Assembly (NCBI GenBank): GCA_964549945.1 | Contig: CAZJXD010000007.1 | Coordinates: 33,444 to 97,443, forward strand | DNA from: an uncultured Desulfobacteraceae bacterium | GTDB lineage: Bacteria > Desulfobacterota > DSM-4660 > Desulfatiglandales > B25-G16 | DNA length: 64,000 bases | Direction of reading: 5' to 3' | Shown: piece by piece, positions 33,188-46,616 of the stretch | How positions within the stretch are numbered: position 1 is the stretch's first letter | Layout of the letters: every line of letters starts with the position of its first letter | The notes under the pieces: generated by a model | Told to the model about the DNA's origin: nothing | The model's input: the letters and a program-made list of their open reading frames with translations, nothing else | The model's database searches: none | Made by a program: the position numbers and the translations under genes

Positions 33188-34834
33188 ATGCTGGATTTTT
33201 CAATGGATAAAAGAACATTATTGGCCTTGATCCTGTCGTTTCTCGTCTTTCTCGTCTGGTCTCTCCTTTTTGGACCAAAACCAACGGACAAAACGGCCGA
33301 GAAACCCCCGACCCCGGAAAAAGGGCAGGAGCAGCGGGTTTTGCCGGAGAGAACGAAACCCCTGGGCCCCCAAAAAGAACTGATGCTGGAGGCAGTATCT
33401 GAAGCAAAGGACATCAAGGTCGAAACGGAACTCTACTCCGCTCTTTTTTCCGGTTCCGGCCCAATGATCAAGGGATTCAAATTAAAAAAATACCGGGCTA
33501 CCGTTGAAAAGGACTCCCCTTTAAAGGAGCTAATCCACGTGAACAATAAAGAGGGCTATGGGTTCAACCTCGGTTTCTCCGGTCAAAACATACCGAATAT
33601 CAACTGGTCAGCGTATACAGTAAAGAGAAAAAATATCACCCTGAAAAAGGGCGATCAACCTGAGGAGTTGGTCTATGAATGGAAGTCCCCTCAAGGAGTA
33701 GACATACAAACACGATTCCTCTTCCACGCCGACAAGTACAACATCGACCTCGCGGTCACCGTCAATAACGGGTCCGGGCACCTCATTGATGACGCCCTTT
33801 TGCTCCACATCGCACATCTTCCCCGGGAGGGCAAGAAGGCGTATGGCGCATTCGAGGGTATGGCCCTTTTGCTCGGCGACAAGCTCAAGGAGATCAAGGA
33901 AGGCAAAGTAAAGGAAAAGCAGTTCGAGGGCCGGATACCATGGGTAGCCTATGAGGAACCGTACTTCATGACCGCCATAGCCAACGAAAACGATACCGGG
34001 CTCACCGCAAAGGGCACCACGCTCTCCGACGGAGAAATCAGGGTATCTTACATAACCCCCTCCCTCAACGTGAAACCCTTGGAAAGGATCACCAAGAATT
34101 TCGCCCTCTACCTGGGTCCAAGGGATCTCTATGTGCTGAAAGGGTTAGGAAAAAAACTTGAAAAGGCAATCAACTTCGGGTGGTTCGATATAATCGCCAA
34201 ACCCCTGTTGGTCACGCTCCGCTTTTTTAATAAATATGTCTCGAATTACGGCGTTTCCATCATCCTGCTCACCATCCTCATCAAGATACTGTTTTGGCCG
34301 CTCACCCGTAAGAGCTATCAATCCATGAAGGAAATGAGGAAGCTCCAGCCCATGATGGCCAAGATAAGGGAAAAGTACAAAAACAATAAGCAGGAAATGC
34401 AGAAACAGCTCATGAACCTCTACAAGACCTATAAGATAAATCCCATGGGGGGCTGCTTGCCCATGGTGGTGCAGATACCCGTCTTCTTCGCCTTTTACCG
34501 AATACTGCCCAGCTCAATAGAGCTGCGACACGCCCCTTTTGTGCTGTGGATCAACGATCTGTCCGCGCCTGAAAGGCTCTTTTCTTTCTCCTTTAAAATA
34601 CCCTTTATGGCCCCTCCTTACGGTATCCCGGTCTTGACCCTGTTGATGGGTGCATCCATGTTTCTCCAGCAAAAAATGACACCCTCTCCGGGTGACCCCG
34701 CTCAGGCAAAGATGATGATGATGCTGCCAATCGTGTTTACGTTTTTATTCATCAATTTTCCATCTGGTTTGGTGCTTTACTGGTTAACTAACAATTTGCT
34801 ATCGATTGCCCAACAATATAGGATTAATAGATAA
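33188..34834 (+). CDS. yidC: Membrane protein insertase YidC
   Basis: 548 aa: N-terminal TM, large periplasmic domain, C-terminal 5-TM 60-kDa insertase core. Confidence 0.9.
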   Translation: MLDFSMDKRTLLALILSFLVFLVWSLLFGPKPTDKTAEKPPTPEKGQEQRVLPERTKPLGPQKELMLEAVSEAKDIKVETELYSALFSGSGPMIKGFKLKKYRATVEKDSPLKELIHVNNKEGYGFNLGFSGQNIPNINWSAYTVKRKNITLKKGDQPEELVYEWKSPQGVDIQTRFLFHADKYNIDLAVTVNNGSGHLIDDALLLHIAHLPREGKKAYGAFEGMALLLGDKLKEIKEGKVKEKQFEGRIPWVAYEEPYFMTAIANENDTGLTAKGTTLSDGEIRVSYITPSLNVKPLERITKNFALYLGPRDLYVLKGLGKKLEKAINFGWFDIIAKPLLVTLRFFNKYVSNYGVSIILLTILIKILFWPLTRKSYQSMKEMRKLQPMMAKIREKYKNNKQEMQKQLMNLYKTYKINPMGGCLPMVVQIPVFFAFYRILPSSIELRHAPFVLWINDLSAPERLFSFSFKIPFMAPPYGIPVLTLLMGASMFLQQKMTPSPGDPAQAKMMMMLPIVFTFLFINFPSGLVLYWLTNNLLSIAQQYRINR

Positions 34835-34842
34835 GTGGGTTA

Positions 34843-35511
34843 ATGTCAGGAGGAAGCTTTATGTCATCTATCGAGATAGAGGCCAGAACAACACAAGAGG
34901 CAATAGAAAAGGCCTGCGAACATTTTCAAATGAGCCAGGAGGAGCTCGATATAGAGGTCTTGGAAAGCAGATCCGGTGGTATTTTCGGAATCGCGGGAAA
35001 CAGGAAGGCCAAGATCAGGGCCACACCTAAAGGTGATCCGAGCATAAAGCTCGCCCGAGAGGTCTTGACGAAAATAATCTCGCTCATCTCTCCAAATACC
35101 ACGGTTTCCGCGGAAAGAAGGGGTGATGATATACTCTTAACCCTTACGGGAAATAACCCCGGAATACTTATCGGTTCTCAGGGCAAGACCCTTGAGGCCT
35201 TGGAGTTTATCATCAATAAGGCGGTGAATAGGGTATCAGAGAAAAAGATAAGGGTGATCGTGGATACCGAAAATTACCGCAAGCGCAGGGAGGAATCGCT
35301 CAAGAGGCTTGCTTTTGAGATGGGAGAGAAGGCCAGGAAGACGGGAAAGCCCGTTATCACAAGCCCCATGAATCCTCACGAGAGAAGAATAGTCCACCTT
35401 GCCCTCAAAGGAGATCGCGGGATTCAAACGAAGAGCAAGGGGGAAGGCTTCTACAAAAAAATCCTGATTATTCCAGATAACGTGAGGGTGGATGAAAAAC
35501 AGGGTGAGTAA
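34843..35511 (+). CDS. khpB: Jag/KhpB RNA-binding protein (Jag-N, KH, R3H)
   Basis: Sequence and the position after yidC. Start may instead be ATG 34861. Confidence 0.75.
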   Translation: MSGGSFMSSIEIEARTTQEAIEKACEHFQMSQEELDIEVLESRSGGIFGIAGNRKAKIRATPKGDPSIKLAREVLTKIISLISPNTTVSAERRGDDILLTLTGNNPGILIGSQGKTLEALEFIINKAVNRVSEKKIRVIVDTENYRKRREESLKRLAFEMGEKARKTGKPVITSPMNPHERRIVHLALKGDRGIQTKSKGEGFYKKILIIPDNVRVDEKQGE

Positions 35512-35531
35512 GCTCGAATTTCCCTTTTGGC

Positions 35532-36917
35532 ATGGACTACAAGGATGAGACCATTGCTGCCATAGCCACGCCAGTGGGTATAGGCGGAATAGGGATAATA
35601 AAGATCAGCGGAAAGCTCGCGGCAGGTATCGCGCAAAAGGTCTTTCGGCCAAGGCGTCCCATCAAATCGTTCGAGAATTTCCGGCTCTACCTGGGTCATA
35701 TAATCGACCCGAACTCGGGCCTTCCCACCGATGAGGTCCTGATGTCTATCATGCGAGGCCCCCTCTCGTACACCAGAGAGGATGTGGTTGAGATCAATTC
35801 CCACAGCGGCTACACGATCCTTTCCAGGGTACTCCAAATAATCCTCCAATCTGGCGCTCGGCTGGCCCAACCAGGGGAATTCACCTTTCGGGCCTTCCTT
35901 AATGGCAGGATTGATTTAACGCAAGCCGAGGCCATTGTTGACCTTATCAACGCCAAAAGTGAAATCTCATTGCGCTTAGCCGCGCACCAGCTTGCCGGTG
36001 GGTTCCTGACGCGACTCGAGGAAATCAGAAGGCAACTTATCGAAATCCTCGTTGAAATAGAGGCTTCCATCGATTTTCCCGATGAGCAGGCTACAAGAAT
36101 AGACCGGCAACGTCTAATAGATCGTATCCATACAGCCATCCTCGAACCGACCGGAGAATTGATATCCGCCTATTCACAGCGAAAGGTATGGCACGAGGGA
36201 ATAGCCGTTGTGATAGTGGGGCGAGTGAATGTCGGTAAATCCAGCATCTTCAACAAGCTGCTCCAGAAGGAGCGGGCCCTTGTTACTCCCATACCCGGCA
36301 CAACACGGGATATCCTTGAATCCGGAATAAGCATCGGGGGAATCCCTATATGGTTGGTGGATACGGCGGGGATGCGGAAGGTGAGGGGAATGGTTGAGAA
36401 AAAAGGGGTAGCCTTAACAAAGGCCCGCATTTCCTCAGCCGATATTATCCTTCTGGTAATCGATAGGAGCAGGGCCCTTAATAAGTATGATCTCGATCCC
36501 CTGAGCAAAGCCAATAAAAAAGCCGTTATTGTCGTCATAAACAAGGTCGATCTTGCCCGAAAGGTAAGCGAGAAAAAGATCGAAACGGTATTCGGGAACC
36601 TTCCGAGGGCTTATGTTTCAGCCCTTACAGGGGAAGGCTTCAACGACCTCACGAAAGCCATCTATACGCTTATTATGAGGAGCACCATCGTTATGCCCTC
36701 TACCCCCATTATCCCCAACATGCGACACACTCTCGCGCTCCAACAAGCCGGCGATTGCCTTGAGAAGGCAGTAAGGAATTTAAAGGATGGACATCCCTTA
36801 GAGATAGCAGCTGCGGATCTCATGTGGGCGAGAAACTCGATAGATGAGATAACAGGACACAAGACAAACGAAGAGGTGATCGATGGCATCTTTAGCAGGT
36901 TTTGTTTGGGTAAATAA
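35532..36917 (+). CDS. mnmE: tRNA modification GTPase MnmE
   Basis: 461 aa with G-domain GRVNVGKSS and the C-terminal CLGK motif. Confidence 0.9.
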   Translation: MDYKDETIAAIATPVGIGGIGIIKISGKLAAGIAQKVFRPRRPIKSFENFRLYLGHIIDPNSGLPTDEVLMSIMRGPLSYTREDVVEINSHSGYTILSRVLQIILQSGARLAQPGEFTFRAFLNGRIDLTQAEAIVDLINAKSEISLRLAAHQLAGGFLTRLEEIRRQLIEILVEIEASIDFPDEQATRIDRQRLIDRIHTAILEPTGELISAYSQRKVWHEGIAVVIVGRVNVGKSSIFNKLLQKERALVTPIPGTTRDILESGISIGGIPIWLVDTAGMRKVRGMVEKKGVALTKARISSADIILLVIDRSRALNKYDLDPLSKANKKAVIVVINKVDLARKVSEKKIETVFGNLPRAYVSALTGEGFNDLTKAIYTLIMRSTIVMPSTPIIPNMRHTLALQQAGDCLEKAVRNLKDGHPLEIAAADLMWARNSIDEITGHKTNEEVIDGIFSRFCLGK

Positions 36918-37184
36918 TCAATCCAGATTGTGCGTACCTGAACCGATAATTTGATTGTAAAAATAAGGGTAATGGGTTATACTTCAAAGCCAATAAAAAT
37001 TCATTAATCCTTATCCTTCACCATCACTTAAACACGGATGGCCTTACTGAAAACATGGCGTGATTAGCGCTTTACGTCCGCGGGGAGAGATGGGGGATTG
37101 CTCATGCCTAGGCACGGAATGCAGTGGAGCGGGGGGTTGGCGTTATCTCAAACACGGTAACCATACAATAAGGAGGAACATGAG

Positions 37185-38348
37185 ATGAATTTTGAATTAC
37201 CAGAGGAGCTTCAGATGCTCAGAGACACCGTTCGTGACTTTGTGGATGAGAAAATTGCTCCATTTGCGGATGAATGGGAAGAAAAACACCATTTCCCTTA
37301 CGAAGAGGCCATCAAACCAATGGGCGAGTTGGGTTTTTTTGGAACAGTTATCCCTGAGGAGTATGGAGGGAATGACATGGGCTGGCTGGCAGCAATAATA
37401 CTAACCGAGGAAATCGCCCGAGGTTCAAGTGCACTAAGGGTGCAGATTAATATGCAGACCACGGGGAATGCTTTCACTATTTATCACTATGGCGGCGAGG
37501 AGGTAAAGAGAAAATATATTCCTAAACTGGTGAGCGCGGAGTGTGTGGGGGCCTTCGCGATGACCGAACCCAACGCGGGCTCTGATGTTCTCTCCATGAA
37601 ATCCACCGCAGAGGACAAGGGCGACCACTGGCTCTTAAACGGGTATAAGACATGGATCTCCAACGCGCGCGTTGCCGACACGGTTCTTTACTACGCTTAC
37701 ACCGATCGCTCCGCGGGAGCCAAAGGGCTCTCCGCCTTTGTAATAGAGCCGAAGAACTTCAACGGCATCACCACCACCGATCTGGATAAGACAGGTACCC
37801 ACGCCACACCAACCGGCGAAATTATCCTAGAGAACACCAGGGTTCCCAAGGAGAACATCGTTGGGAAGCCGGGGGGTGGCGTGAAGATCCTCTTCGGGTC
37901 CCTCTCTAATTCCCGGCTCTCGTGTGCGGCCGGGGGCGTCGGTCTCGCACAGGCCTGTTTAGAGGCGGTGACCAAGTATGCCATGGAGCGAGAGCAATTC
38001 GGGCAACCTATTGGAACGTTTCAGATGAACCAGGATATGATCGCACAGATGGTGAGTGAGATTGAGGCTGCAAGGCTGTGCTGTTATAAGGCCGCGTGGC
38101 AGAAGGATCAAGGGGTGTTGGGCAACAACTTAGAGGTTGCGCAAGCCAAGTATCTAGCCGGTGAGATAGCCTATAAATGCTCTCGGTACGCCATGAGCAT
38201 CCTTGGGGCTTACGGTTATTCAACTGAATATCCGGTAGCCAGATATTACCGAGACGCACCCCCTTATGCAATGGTAGAGGGATCGCATAATATCTGCAAG
38301 TTTATTATCGCACAGGATCAATTAGGGATCAGAAAGGCAAATAGATAG
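37185..38348 (+). CDS. Acyl-CoA dehydrogenase
   Basis: 387-aa ACAD family protein. AAGGAGGAACATG RBS. Confidence 0.85.
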   Translation: MNFELPEELQMLRDTVRDFVDEKIAPFADEWEEKHHFPYEEAIKPMGELGFFGTVIPEEYGGNDMGWLAAIILTEEIARGSSALRVQINMQTTGNAFTIYHYGGEEVKRKYIPKLVSAECVGAFAMTEPNAGSDVLSMKSTAEDKGDHWLLNGYKTWISNARVADTVLYYAYTDRSAGAKGLSAFVIEPKNFNGITTTDLDKTGTHATPTGEIILENTRVPKENIVGKPGGGVKILFGSLSNSRLSCAAGGVGLAQACLEAVTKYAMEREQFGQPIGTFQMNQDMIAQMVSEIEAARLCCYKAAWQKDQGVLGNNLEVAQAKYLAGEIAYKCSRYAMSILGAYGYSTEYPVARYYRDAPPYAMVEGSHNICKFIIAQDQLGIRKANR

Positions 38349-38653
38349 AGCACTGGGTTTGGGCCTTCCTGTAGCACATTATAGGGGGCGTGAAATATTC
38401 TATACTCACACGAATTGTTTAAAAGTGATAATTCAGGCGTGAAAAAGGAGGGAAACTCGATAGAAGTATACCTATCTATACTGAAATTTACGATCTCAGG
38501 TAAGGTTTGATATGGGATATCAGAGAGAAATATACATTACGTTAAACGGGAATATACAATTAAATAAACATATTATCTATAGTATCAACAATTCCTTATT
38601 GTCTTACTATTACTATTTATATAGTTAACTATAATTAATAATTTGGTGAGGAA
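38349..38653. other. AT-rich (about 30% GC) 305-bp spacer upstream of dnaN; candidate replication-origin/DUE-like region
   Basis: Strong compositional drop read directly. No canonical TTATCCACA DnaA box recognised by eye. Confidence 0.2.
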
Positions 38654-39778
38654 ATGGAGATAAAAGTAGATAGAGAAACCCTTTTTAAGGCCATCTCCCG
38701 TGTCCAAGGTATCCTGGAGAAAAGAAGCCATATGCCCATCCTCTCTACAGTGCTCTTAGCGACAAAGGGCAATGATTTTGAGTTATCAGCTACTGATCTG
38801 GAGATAGGCTTTCAGAACAGCTACCCAGCTGAAGTTATTCAACCTGGAAGCATCACCATATCAGGTAAGAAACTCCTTGATATTACCCGGGAGACGAATA
38901 GCCCTAAAATCTATATTTCTGAAAAGGAGAATAACTGGGTATACATCTCAGACAGCAATGCCCATTACAATCTCTCCTGCCTCCCTGCGGACGAGTTTCC
39001 AGTCCTGACCGAGCCGGAGGGAACCATTATGATAGATCTCGATGGTAAGGTTCTCGGAGAGATGATCAGTAAAACTATCTACTCAGTAACTATTGAAGAG
39101 GCGGGATTTAAGCTGTCAGGCGTCTTTATGGAGAGGGTGGATAAGGGAGGAGAGGGCTTCTTAAGGATGACGGCTACCGATGGTCACAGGCTTTCCTTGA
39201 TCGATAAAAAAGTACCTGATGTTCAAAAGATGGAGATAGGAAGCGGTGTTATGATCCCGAAGAAGGGGATGGTAGAGCTAAATAAACTATCTTCAGAGGA
39301 AGAGAATATATTATTAGGGTTAAAACAGAATAACCTCGTGGCGAAAAAAGGCAAGGCACTGATTGTGATACGATTATTAGAGACGAAGTTCCCTGATTAC
39401 AAGAACGTAATACCTGCCGCAGACAAGGAGGAAAAAAACATAATTACCGTTAATAAGCAACCCCTTTTAGATGCTATGAGAAGAATGATGATTATCAGAA
39501 GTGACCAATACCAAGGCGTGAAAATGAGTGTAGGGGAGAATTATATAGAGATGACTTCGGTAAATCCAGACTTAGGTAACGTGGAGGAGAGGGTGGAGAT
39601 CAAATACATTGGCGAGCCAATTGAGGTGGGGTTTAACCCGAAATATTTCATAGACGCCCTTCAACCCATGGATAGCGATATCGTTTACCTTAATATCAAG
39701 GATCAGACAGGCCCATGTTTGATTACTGGAGACCAAGACGAGGGTTTCTTGGGTCTGATTATGCCGATGAGGTTATAG
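38654..39778 (+). CDS. dnaN: DNA polymerase III beta sliding clamp
   Basis: 374 aa, three-domain clamp. Followed 3 bp later by gyrB. Confidence 0.9.
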   Translation: MEIKVDRETLFKAISRVQGILEKRSHMPILSTVLLATKGNDFELSATDLEIGFQNSYPAEVIQPGSITISGKKLLDITRETNSPKIYISEKENNWVYISDSNAHYNLSCLPADEFPVLTEPEGTIMIDLDGKVLGEMISKTIYSVTIEEAGFKLSGVFMERVDKGGEGFLRMTATDGHRLSLIDKKVPDVQKMEIGSGVMIPKKGMVELNKLSSEEENILLGLKQNNLVAKKGKALIVIRLLETKFPDYKNVIPAADKEEKNIITVNKQPLLDAMRRMMIIRSDQYQGVKMSVGENYIEMTSVNPDLGNVEERVEIKYIGEPIEVGFNPKYFIDALQPMDSDIVYLNIKDQTGPCLITGDQDEGFLGLIMPMRL

Positions 39779-42163
<2,385 letters not shown>

Positions 42164-42343
42164 ACGATCTCGGTTTTTGCTCGACACCTACCGGACGAAA
42201 GATTTTTTATGGACTTCTCACATGTATGGAGTTAGCTCTGTACGCTAAGCCCGCCCCATCACAAACCTTCAACGCACAATTCGGCGAATGAGACTTCCAT
42301 GTTTTATCGCGGTAGTGGTTAACAAGAAGAAGAGAGGAGTTCA

Positions 42344-44761
42344 ATGAAGGCAAGCGATACAAGCTCTGTCACCATAGAAGAGGAGATGAAGAGATCCTAT
42401 CTTGAATATGCAATGAGCGTAATCGTTGGGAGGGCTATACCGGATATACGTGATGGGCTTAAGCCCGTGCACAGGAGAGTCCTCTACGCCATGGAACAGT
42501 TAAAGAACTATCACGACAGGCCGTACAAGAAGTCAGCCAGGGTGGTAGGAGATGTGATCGGTAAGTACCATCCCCACGGTGATGCTGCCGTGTACGATAC
42601 GGTTGTGAGGATGGCCCAGCCCTTTTCCATGAGGTACCCATTGGTTGATGGGCAGGGCAACTTCGGATCGGTGGATGGCGACCCGCCTGCGGCCATGAGG
42701 TATACGGAGATAAGGATGCACAAAGTGGCCGAGGAGTTCTTGACAGATGTGGAAAGGGAGACGGTTGACTTTGTCCCTAATTATGATGGCTCTCTCATGG
42801 AGCCCGTGATCCTGCCCACCAACATCCCAAATCTGCTCATCAGCGGCTCATCCGGGATTGCGGTAGGCATGACCACGAACATACCGCCGCACAACCTTCA
42901 TGAGGTGGCCGATGCGATCATCCATACCATCGATAACCCGGGCATCACCCTGGACGAGATCATGAATGACCTGCCAGGCCCGGATTTTCCCACAGCGGGT
43001 TTTATTTACGGGGATGAGGGGATTACCGAGGCATATTCAACGGGCAGGGGGATTATAAAGGTCCGTGCCCGGGCTTTCGTGGAGAAGATCGGAGAGAACA
43101 AGGAGCGTATAATTATCACCGAAATTCCCTATCAAGTCAATAAGGCGAACCTGCTGAAGAGCATTGGAGAACTGGTCAAGAATAAGAAGATAGAGGGCGT
43201 TTCCGATATACGAGATGAGTCGGACCGCGATGGGTTAAGGGTGGCCATCGATATCAAGCGGGGGTCCAACGCCTCGGTGCTGCTCAACCGCCTCTATAAG
43301 TTCACCCAGATGGAGACATCCTTTGGGATTATCATGCTGGCCATTGTAAACGGGAGACCGGAGACCCTCACCATTAAGGGTATAATACAGCACTTCATCA
43401 ACCATCGAAAAGAGATAATCGTTCGGCGAACCTCATTTGAGCTCAAAAGGGCAGAGGCGAGGGCCCATGTGCTGGAGGGGCTGAAGGTGGCATTAGATCA
43501 CCTGGATCGGGTCGTGGAGGTAATCCGTTCTTCGGCCACGCCCTCAGACGCAAAGCAGAACCTTGTCGAGGAGTTTCAGCTCTCGGAGATCCAGGCACAG
43601 GCCATTCTGGACATGAGACTACAGAGGCTTACCGGCCTTGAGAGGGATAAGATCGGCGATGAGTACAACACCACCATCAAGGATATAGAGCGGTACAGGG
43701 CTATCCTGGGCAATGAGGCGCTTGTACTGGATATTATCAAGGAGGAAACGAGGGAGATTCAAAGGAAATACGGCGATGAGCGTCGAACCGAGATTATCAG
43801 AGACGTTCGGGAAATAGACATTGAAGACCTGATCGTCGATGAAGACATGGTCATCACGGTGAGCCATGCAGGGTACGTCAAGAGGACCCCTATAAGCCTT
43901 TACCGGGCGCAACGGAGAGGAGGCAAGGGGGTGGCGGGGACAAAGACAAGAGAAGAGGACTTTGCGGCAGCCATGTTCGTGGCCTCGACCCATGATTATC
44001 TCATGTTCTTTATGACCACGGGGCGCCTTTACTGGAGAAAGGTGCACGAGATACCGGAGGCAGGCAGAGCCGCGAAAGGCACCGCGATTGTAAATCTGTT
44101 GGATCTTCAACCGACCGAAACGATAGCCACAACCCTGACCGTAAAGGGCTTTGAAGAGGGAAAGTACGTCGTGATGGCGACCAAAAACGGCCTTGTGAAG
44201 AAAACACCGCTCTCCGCCTATAGCAGGCCCAGGGCAACGGGGATTACCGCGCTAAAGATCAATGAGGGTGATGAGTTGATAGGGGTAAGGGTAACCAACG
44301 GAGAGCAGGATATCTTCCTGAGCTCGAGGCAGGGAAAGGCGATACGGTTTCACGAGAGCGAGCTGCGGAGCATGGGAAGGGTGGCCGCTGGAAATACGGG
44401 AATCCGGCTCGACCGAGGAGACCAGGTGGTGAGCGTGGAAACGTTGCATGAGGGCGCAACCGTACTCACCATTACGGAGAATGGCTACGGAAAGAGGACG
44501 GCAACCAAGGAATATAGGGCACAGAAGAGGGGCGGCAAGGGGGTCTTCTCCATAAAGACATCGGAAAGAAACGGCCTGGTGGTAAGCGCAAACCAGGTAG
44601 CGGAGAACGATGAGTTGATGATTCTCTCCGGAGAGGGGAAAATCATCCGGATCAGGGTGGCGGACATCTCCGTGATCGGGCGCCACACCCAGGGAGTAAA
44701 GCTGATTAACCTCGAGGCCCCTGAGAAGGTGGTTGCCGTGGCGAGGTTCATGGAGACATAG
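42344..44761 (+). CDS. gyrA: DNA gyrase subunit A
   Basis: 805 aa with the active-site region (AMRYTEIRM) and C-terminal beta-pinwheel repeats. Confidence 0.95.
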   Translation: MKASDTSSVTIEEEMKRSYLEYAMSVIVGRAIPDIRDGLKPVHRRVLYAMEQLKNYHDRPYKKSARVVGDVIGKYHPHGDAAVYDTVVRMAQPFSMRYPLVDGQGNFGSVDGDPPAAMRYTEIRMHKVAEEFLTDVERETVDFVPNYDGSLMEPVILPTNIPNLLISGSSGIAVGMTTNIPPHNLHEVADAIIHTIDNPGITLDEIMNDLPGPDFPTAGFIYGDEGITEAYSTGRGIIKVRARAFVEKIGENKERIIITEIPYQVNKANLLKSIGELVKNKKIEGVSDIRDESDRDGLRVAIDIKRGSNASVLLNRLYKFTQMETSFGIIMLAIVNGRPETLTIKGIIQHFINHRKEIIVRRTSFELKRAEARAHVLEGLKVALDHLDRVVEVIRSSATPSDAKQNLVEEFQLSEIQAQAILDMRLQRLTGLERDKIGDEYNTTIKDIERYRAILGNEALVLDIIKEETREIQRKYGDERRTEIIRDVREIDIEDLIVDEDMVITVSHAGYVKRTPISLYRAQRRGGKGVAGTKTREEDFAAAMFVASTHDYLMFFMTTGRLYWRKVHEIPEAGRAAKGTAIVNLLDLQPTETIATTLTVKGFEEGKYVVMATKNGLVKKTPLSAYSRPRATGITALKINEGDELIGVRVTNGEQDIFLSSRQGKAIRFHESELRSMGRVAAGNTGIRLDRGDQVVSVETLHEGATVLTITENGYGKRTATKEYRAQKRGGKGVFSIKTSERNGLVVSANQVAENDELMILSGEGKIIRIRVADISVIGRHTQGVKLINLEAPEKVVAVARFMET

Positions 44762-44771
44762 GGGTGGAACA

Positions 44772-45779
44772 ATGGCCAGGATAGGGGTTGTGGGCGGAGG
44801 GGGCTGGGGCACTGCGCTCGCGCACCTCATGGCCCTCAAGGGAGGCGATGTCGATCTATGGGTGAGGGAAGAGGAGGTGCGCCTCCAGATAGAGAGCAGA
44901 GGGATAAACGAGGAATTTCTGCCTGGAGTATCCCTCTCCCCAAGGATACATCCCGTCCGATCACTAGGGGAGGTGACCAGCAACAAGGCCTTTCTCGTCA
45001 TCGCGGTGCCCTCTCAGTTCTTCAGGACCATCGTCACCGAGATCGCCCCACTTCTCCTTCCTTCAATCCCCCTTCTGGTGGCAACCAAGGGCATTGAGAA
45101 CACCACCCTCATGACCATGTCACAGGTGGTGGCCTCGGTGCGGGGAAAAGGGTGCGAGGACGTATTTGCCTGCCTCTCAGGCCCGAGCTTTGCAAAGGAG
45201 GTCTGCGAACAACACCCCACCGCGGTCACCCTCGCATCGAGGAACACCGAACTCGCCACCATGCTCCAGGAATTTCTTTCCACCGAGTACTTCAGGGTTT
45301 ACACCACCAATGACGTGATAGGGGTGGAGCTCGGGGGCGCGCTCAAGAACGTGATCGCCATCGCCGCGGGCACCTCGGACGGGCTTGGCTTCGGGTTCAA
45401 CGCACGGGCTGCGCTTATCACAAGGGGCCTGGCGGAGATTACCAGGCTCGGCGTGGCCATGGGAGCAGAGCCGCTCACCTTCTCGGGGCTCGCGGGGCTG
45501 GGGGACCTGGTGCTCACCTGCACCGGGGATCTCAGCAGAAACCGGATGGTGGGCCTCAAGATAGCAGAGGGTGTGCCCGCTGAGGCGATCGTCTCCTCGA
45601 TGAGGATGATCGCCGAGGGGATAAAGACCTCTAGAGCAGCCTACATGCTGGCGCAGAGGGTGGGGGTTGAGATGCCCATCACGGCCGAGGTGTACCGTAT
45701 TATCTACGAGGGCAAGGATCCGCGCGAGGCGGTTAGGGATCTCATGACACGGCAGCTTAAAGGGGAGTTGGAGGGGTAA
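44772..45779 (+). CDS. gpsA: NAD(P)H-dependent glycerol-3-phosphate dehydrogenase
   Basis: Start reset to ATG 44772 (MARIGVVGGGGWGTALA Rossmann motif) after a GGGGTGGAAC RBS. Confidence 0.9.
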   Translation: MARIGVVGGGGWGTALAHLMALKGGDVDLWVREEEVRLQIESRGINEEFLPGVSLSPRIHPVRSLGEVTSNKAFLVIAVPSQFFRTIVTEIAPLLLPSIPLLVATKGIENTTLMTMSQVVASVRGKGCEDVFACLSGPSFAKEVCEQHPTAVTLASRNTELATMLQEFLSTEYFRVYTTNDVIGVELGGALKNVIAIAAGTSDGLGFGFNARAALITRGLAEITRLGVAMGAEPLTFSGLAGLGDLVLTCTGDLSRNRMVGLKIAEGVPAEAIVSSMRMIAEGIKTSRAAYMLAQRVGVEMPITAEVYRIIYEGKDPREAVRDLMTRQLKGELEG

Positions 45780-45791
45780 GGAACGGCCGCG

Positions 45792-46616
45792 ATGAATCAA
45801 CAAGGAGACAGCCCATTGCCCGAGATACTCAGGGAGAGCCTGCCAGGCTCTCTTTTCACACGGATTGTACACTACTTTCCCCTTCTCGGATCGACCAATT
45901 CATATTTAACGGCGCTGGCCAAAGGGGGAGAACCGGAAGGGGCCCTGGTGATAACAGAGAAACAGACGAAGGGGAAGGGCAGGCTGGGCAGGCAGTGGCA
46001 CTCCCCTTCAGGGACAAACCTCCTGTTCTCCGCCTTGTTCAGACCGCCGATTTCCATCGGCATGGCCTTCTCCCTCACCATGCTCTCGGCCGTTTCCCTT
46101 GTGGATGCAATCCGGGAGATGACCGGGCTGCGAGCGTTGATAAAGTGGCCCAACGATATCTACTGTAACGGCAGGAAGATGGCAGGCGTTCTCACGGAGT
46201 TTTCGGCGGATGCCAGGGGCATAGAGTATGTGGTGGTGGGTATCGGGCTTAATGTGAACTGGGACATACGCGACAGGCCGGAGCTTGAACGAATGGCCAC
46301 AAGCCTGATGAAAGAGGTGGGTCACCCTGTCTCTAGGGTTGCCCTCCTCTCACGGATCCTTGAGAAACTGGAGAGCAACTACGAATGCCTTCTGAGGGGA
46401 GAGGATGCCCCCATCCGCGATCGATGGAATAAGCATTCCATGGTAATCGGGAAGGAGGTTTTGATCGATCCGGAAGGAGAGGGCAAAAGGGCCAAGGTGA
46501 CGGGAATCGATAGAAACGGAGCCCTTCTCATCGAGGAGGAAGGCGGAAGGGTATCCTCGATCGTGTGCGGCGAGGTGCAGGTGATATTCCCTACGCTTCC
46601 GGGAAGCACGCCTTAA
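45792..46616 (+). CDS. birA: Biotin--[acetyl-CoA-carboxylase] ligase (group I, no HTH)
   Basis: 274-aa BPL catalytic domain with the GRGRRG-like motif (KGKGRLGRQW). Confidence 0.75.
   Translation: MNQQGDSPLPEILRESLPGSLFTRIVHYFPLLGSTNSYLTALAKGGEPEGALVITEKQTKGKGRLGRQWHSPSGTNLLFSALFRPPISIGMAFSLTMLSAVSLVDAIREMTGLRALIKWPNDIYCNGRKMAGVLTEFSADARGIEYVVVGIGLNVNWDIRDRPELERMATSLMKEVGHPVSRVALLSRILEKLESNYECLLRGEDAPIRDRWNKHSMVIGKEVLIDPEGEGKRAKVTGIDRNGALLIEEEGGRVSSIVCGEVQVIFPTLPGSTP

Noticed and set aside
38349-38653. DnaA-box scan of the AT-rich dnaN upstream spacer
   Set aside because: No TTATCCACA/TGTGGATAA or close variants were found by eye. It is kept only as a low-confidence compositional feature.
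45177-45872. 231-aa minus-strand ORF
   Set aside because: Antisense to gpsA. Pro/Arg/His-rich composition typical of the GC-rich reverse frame.
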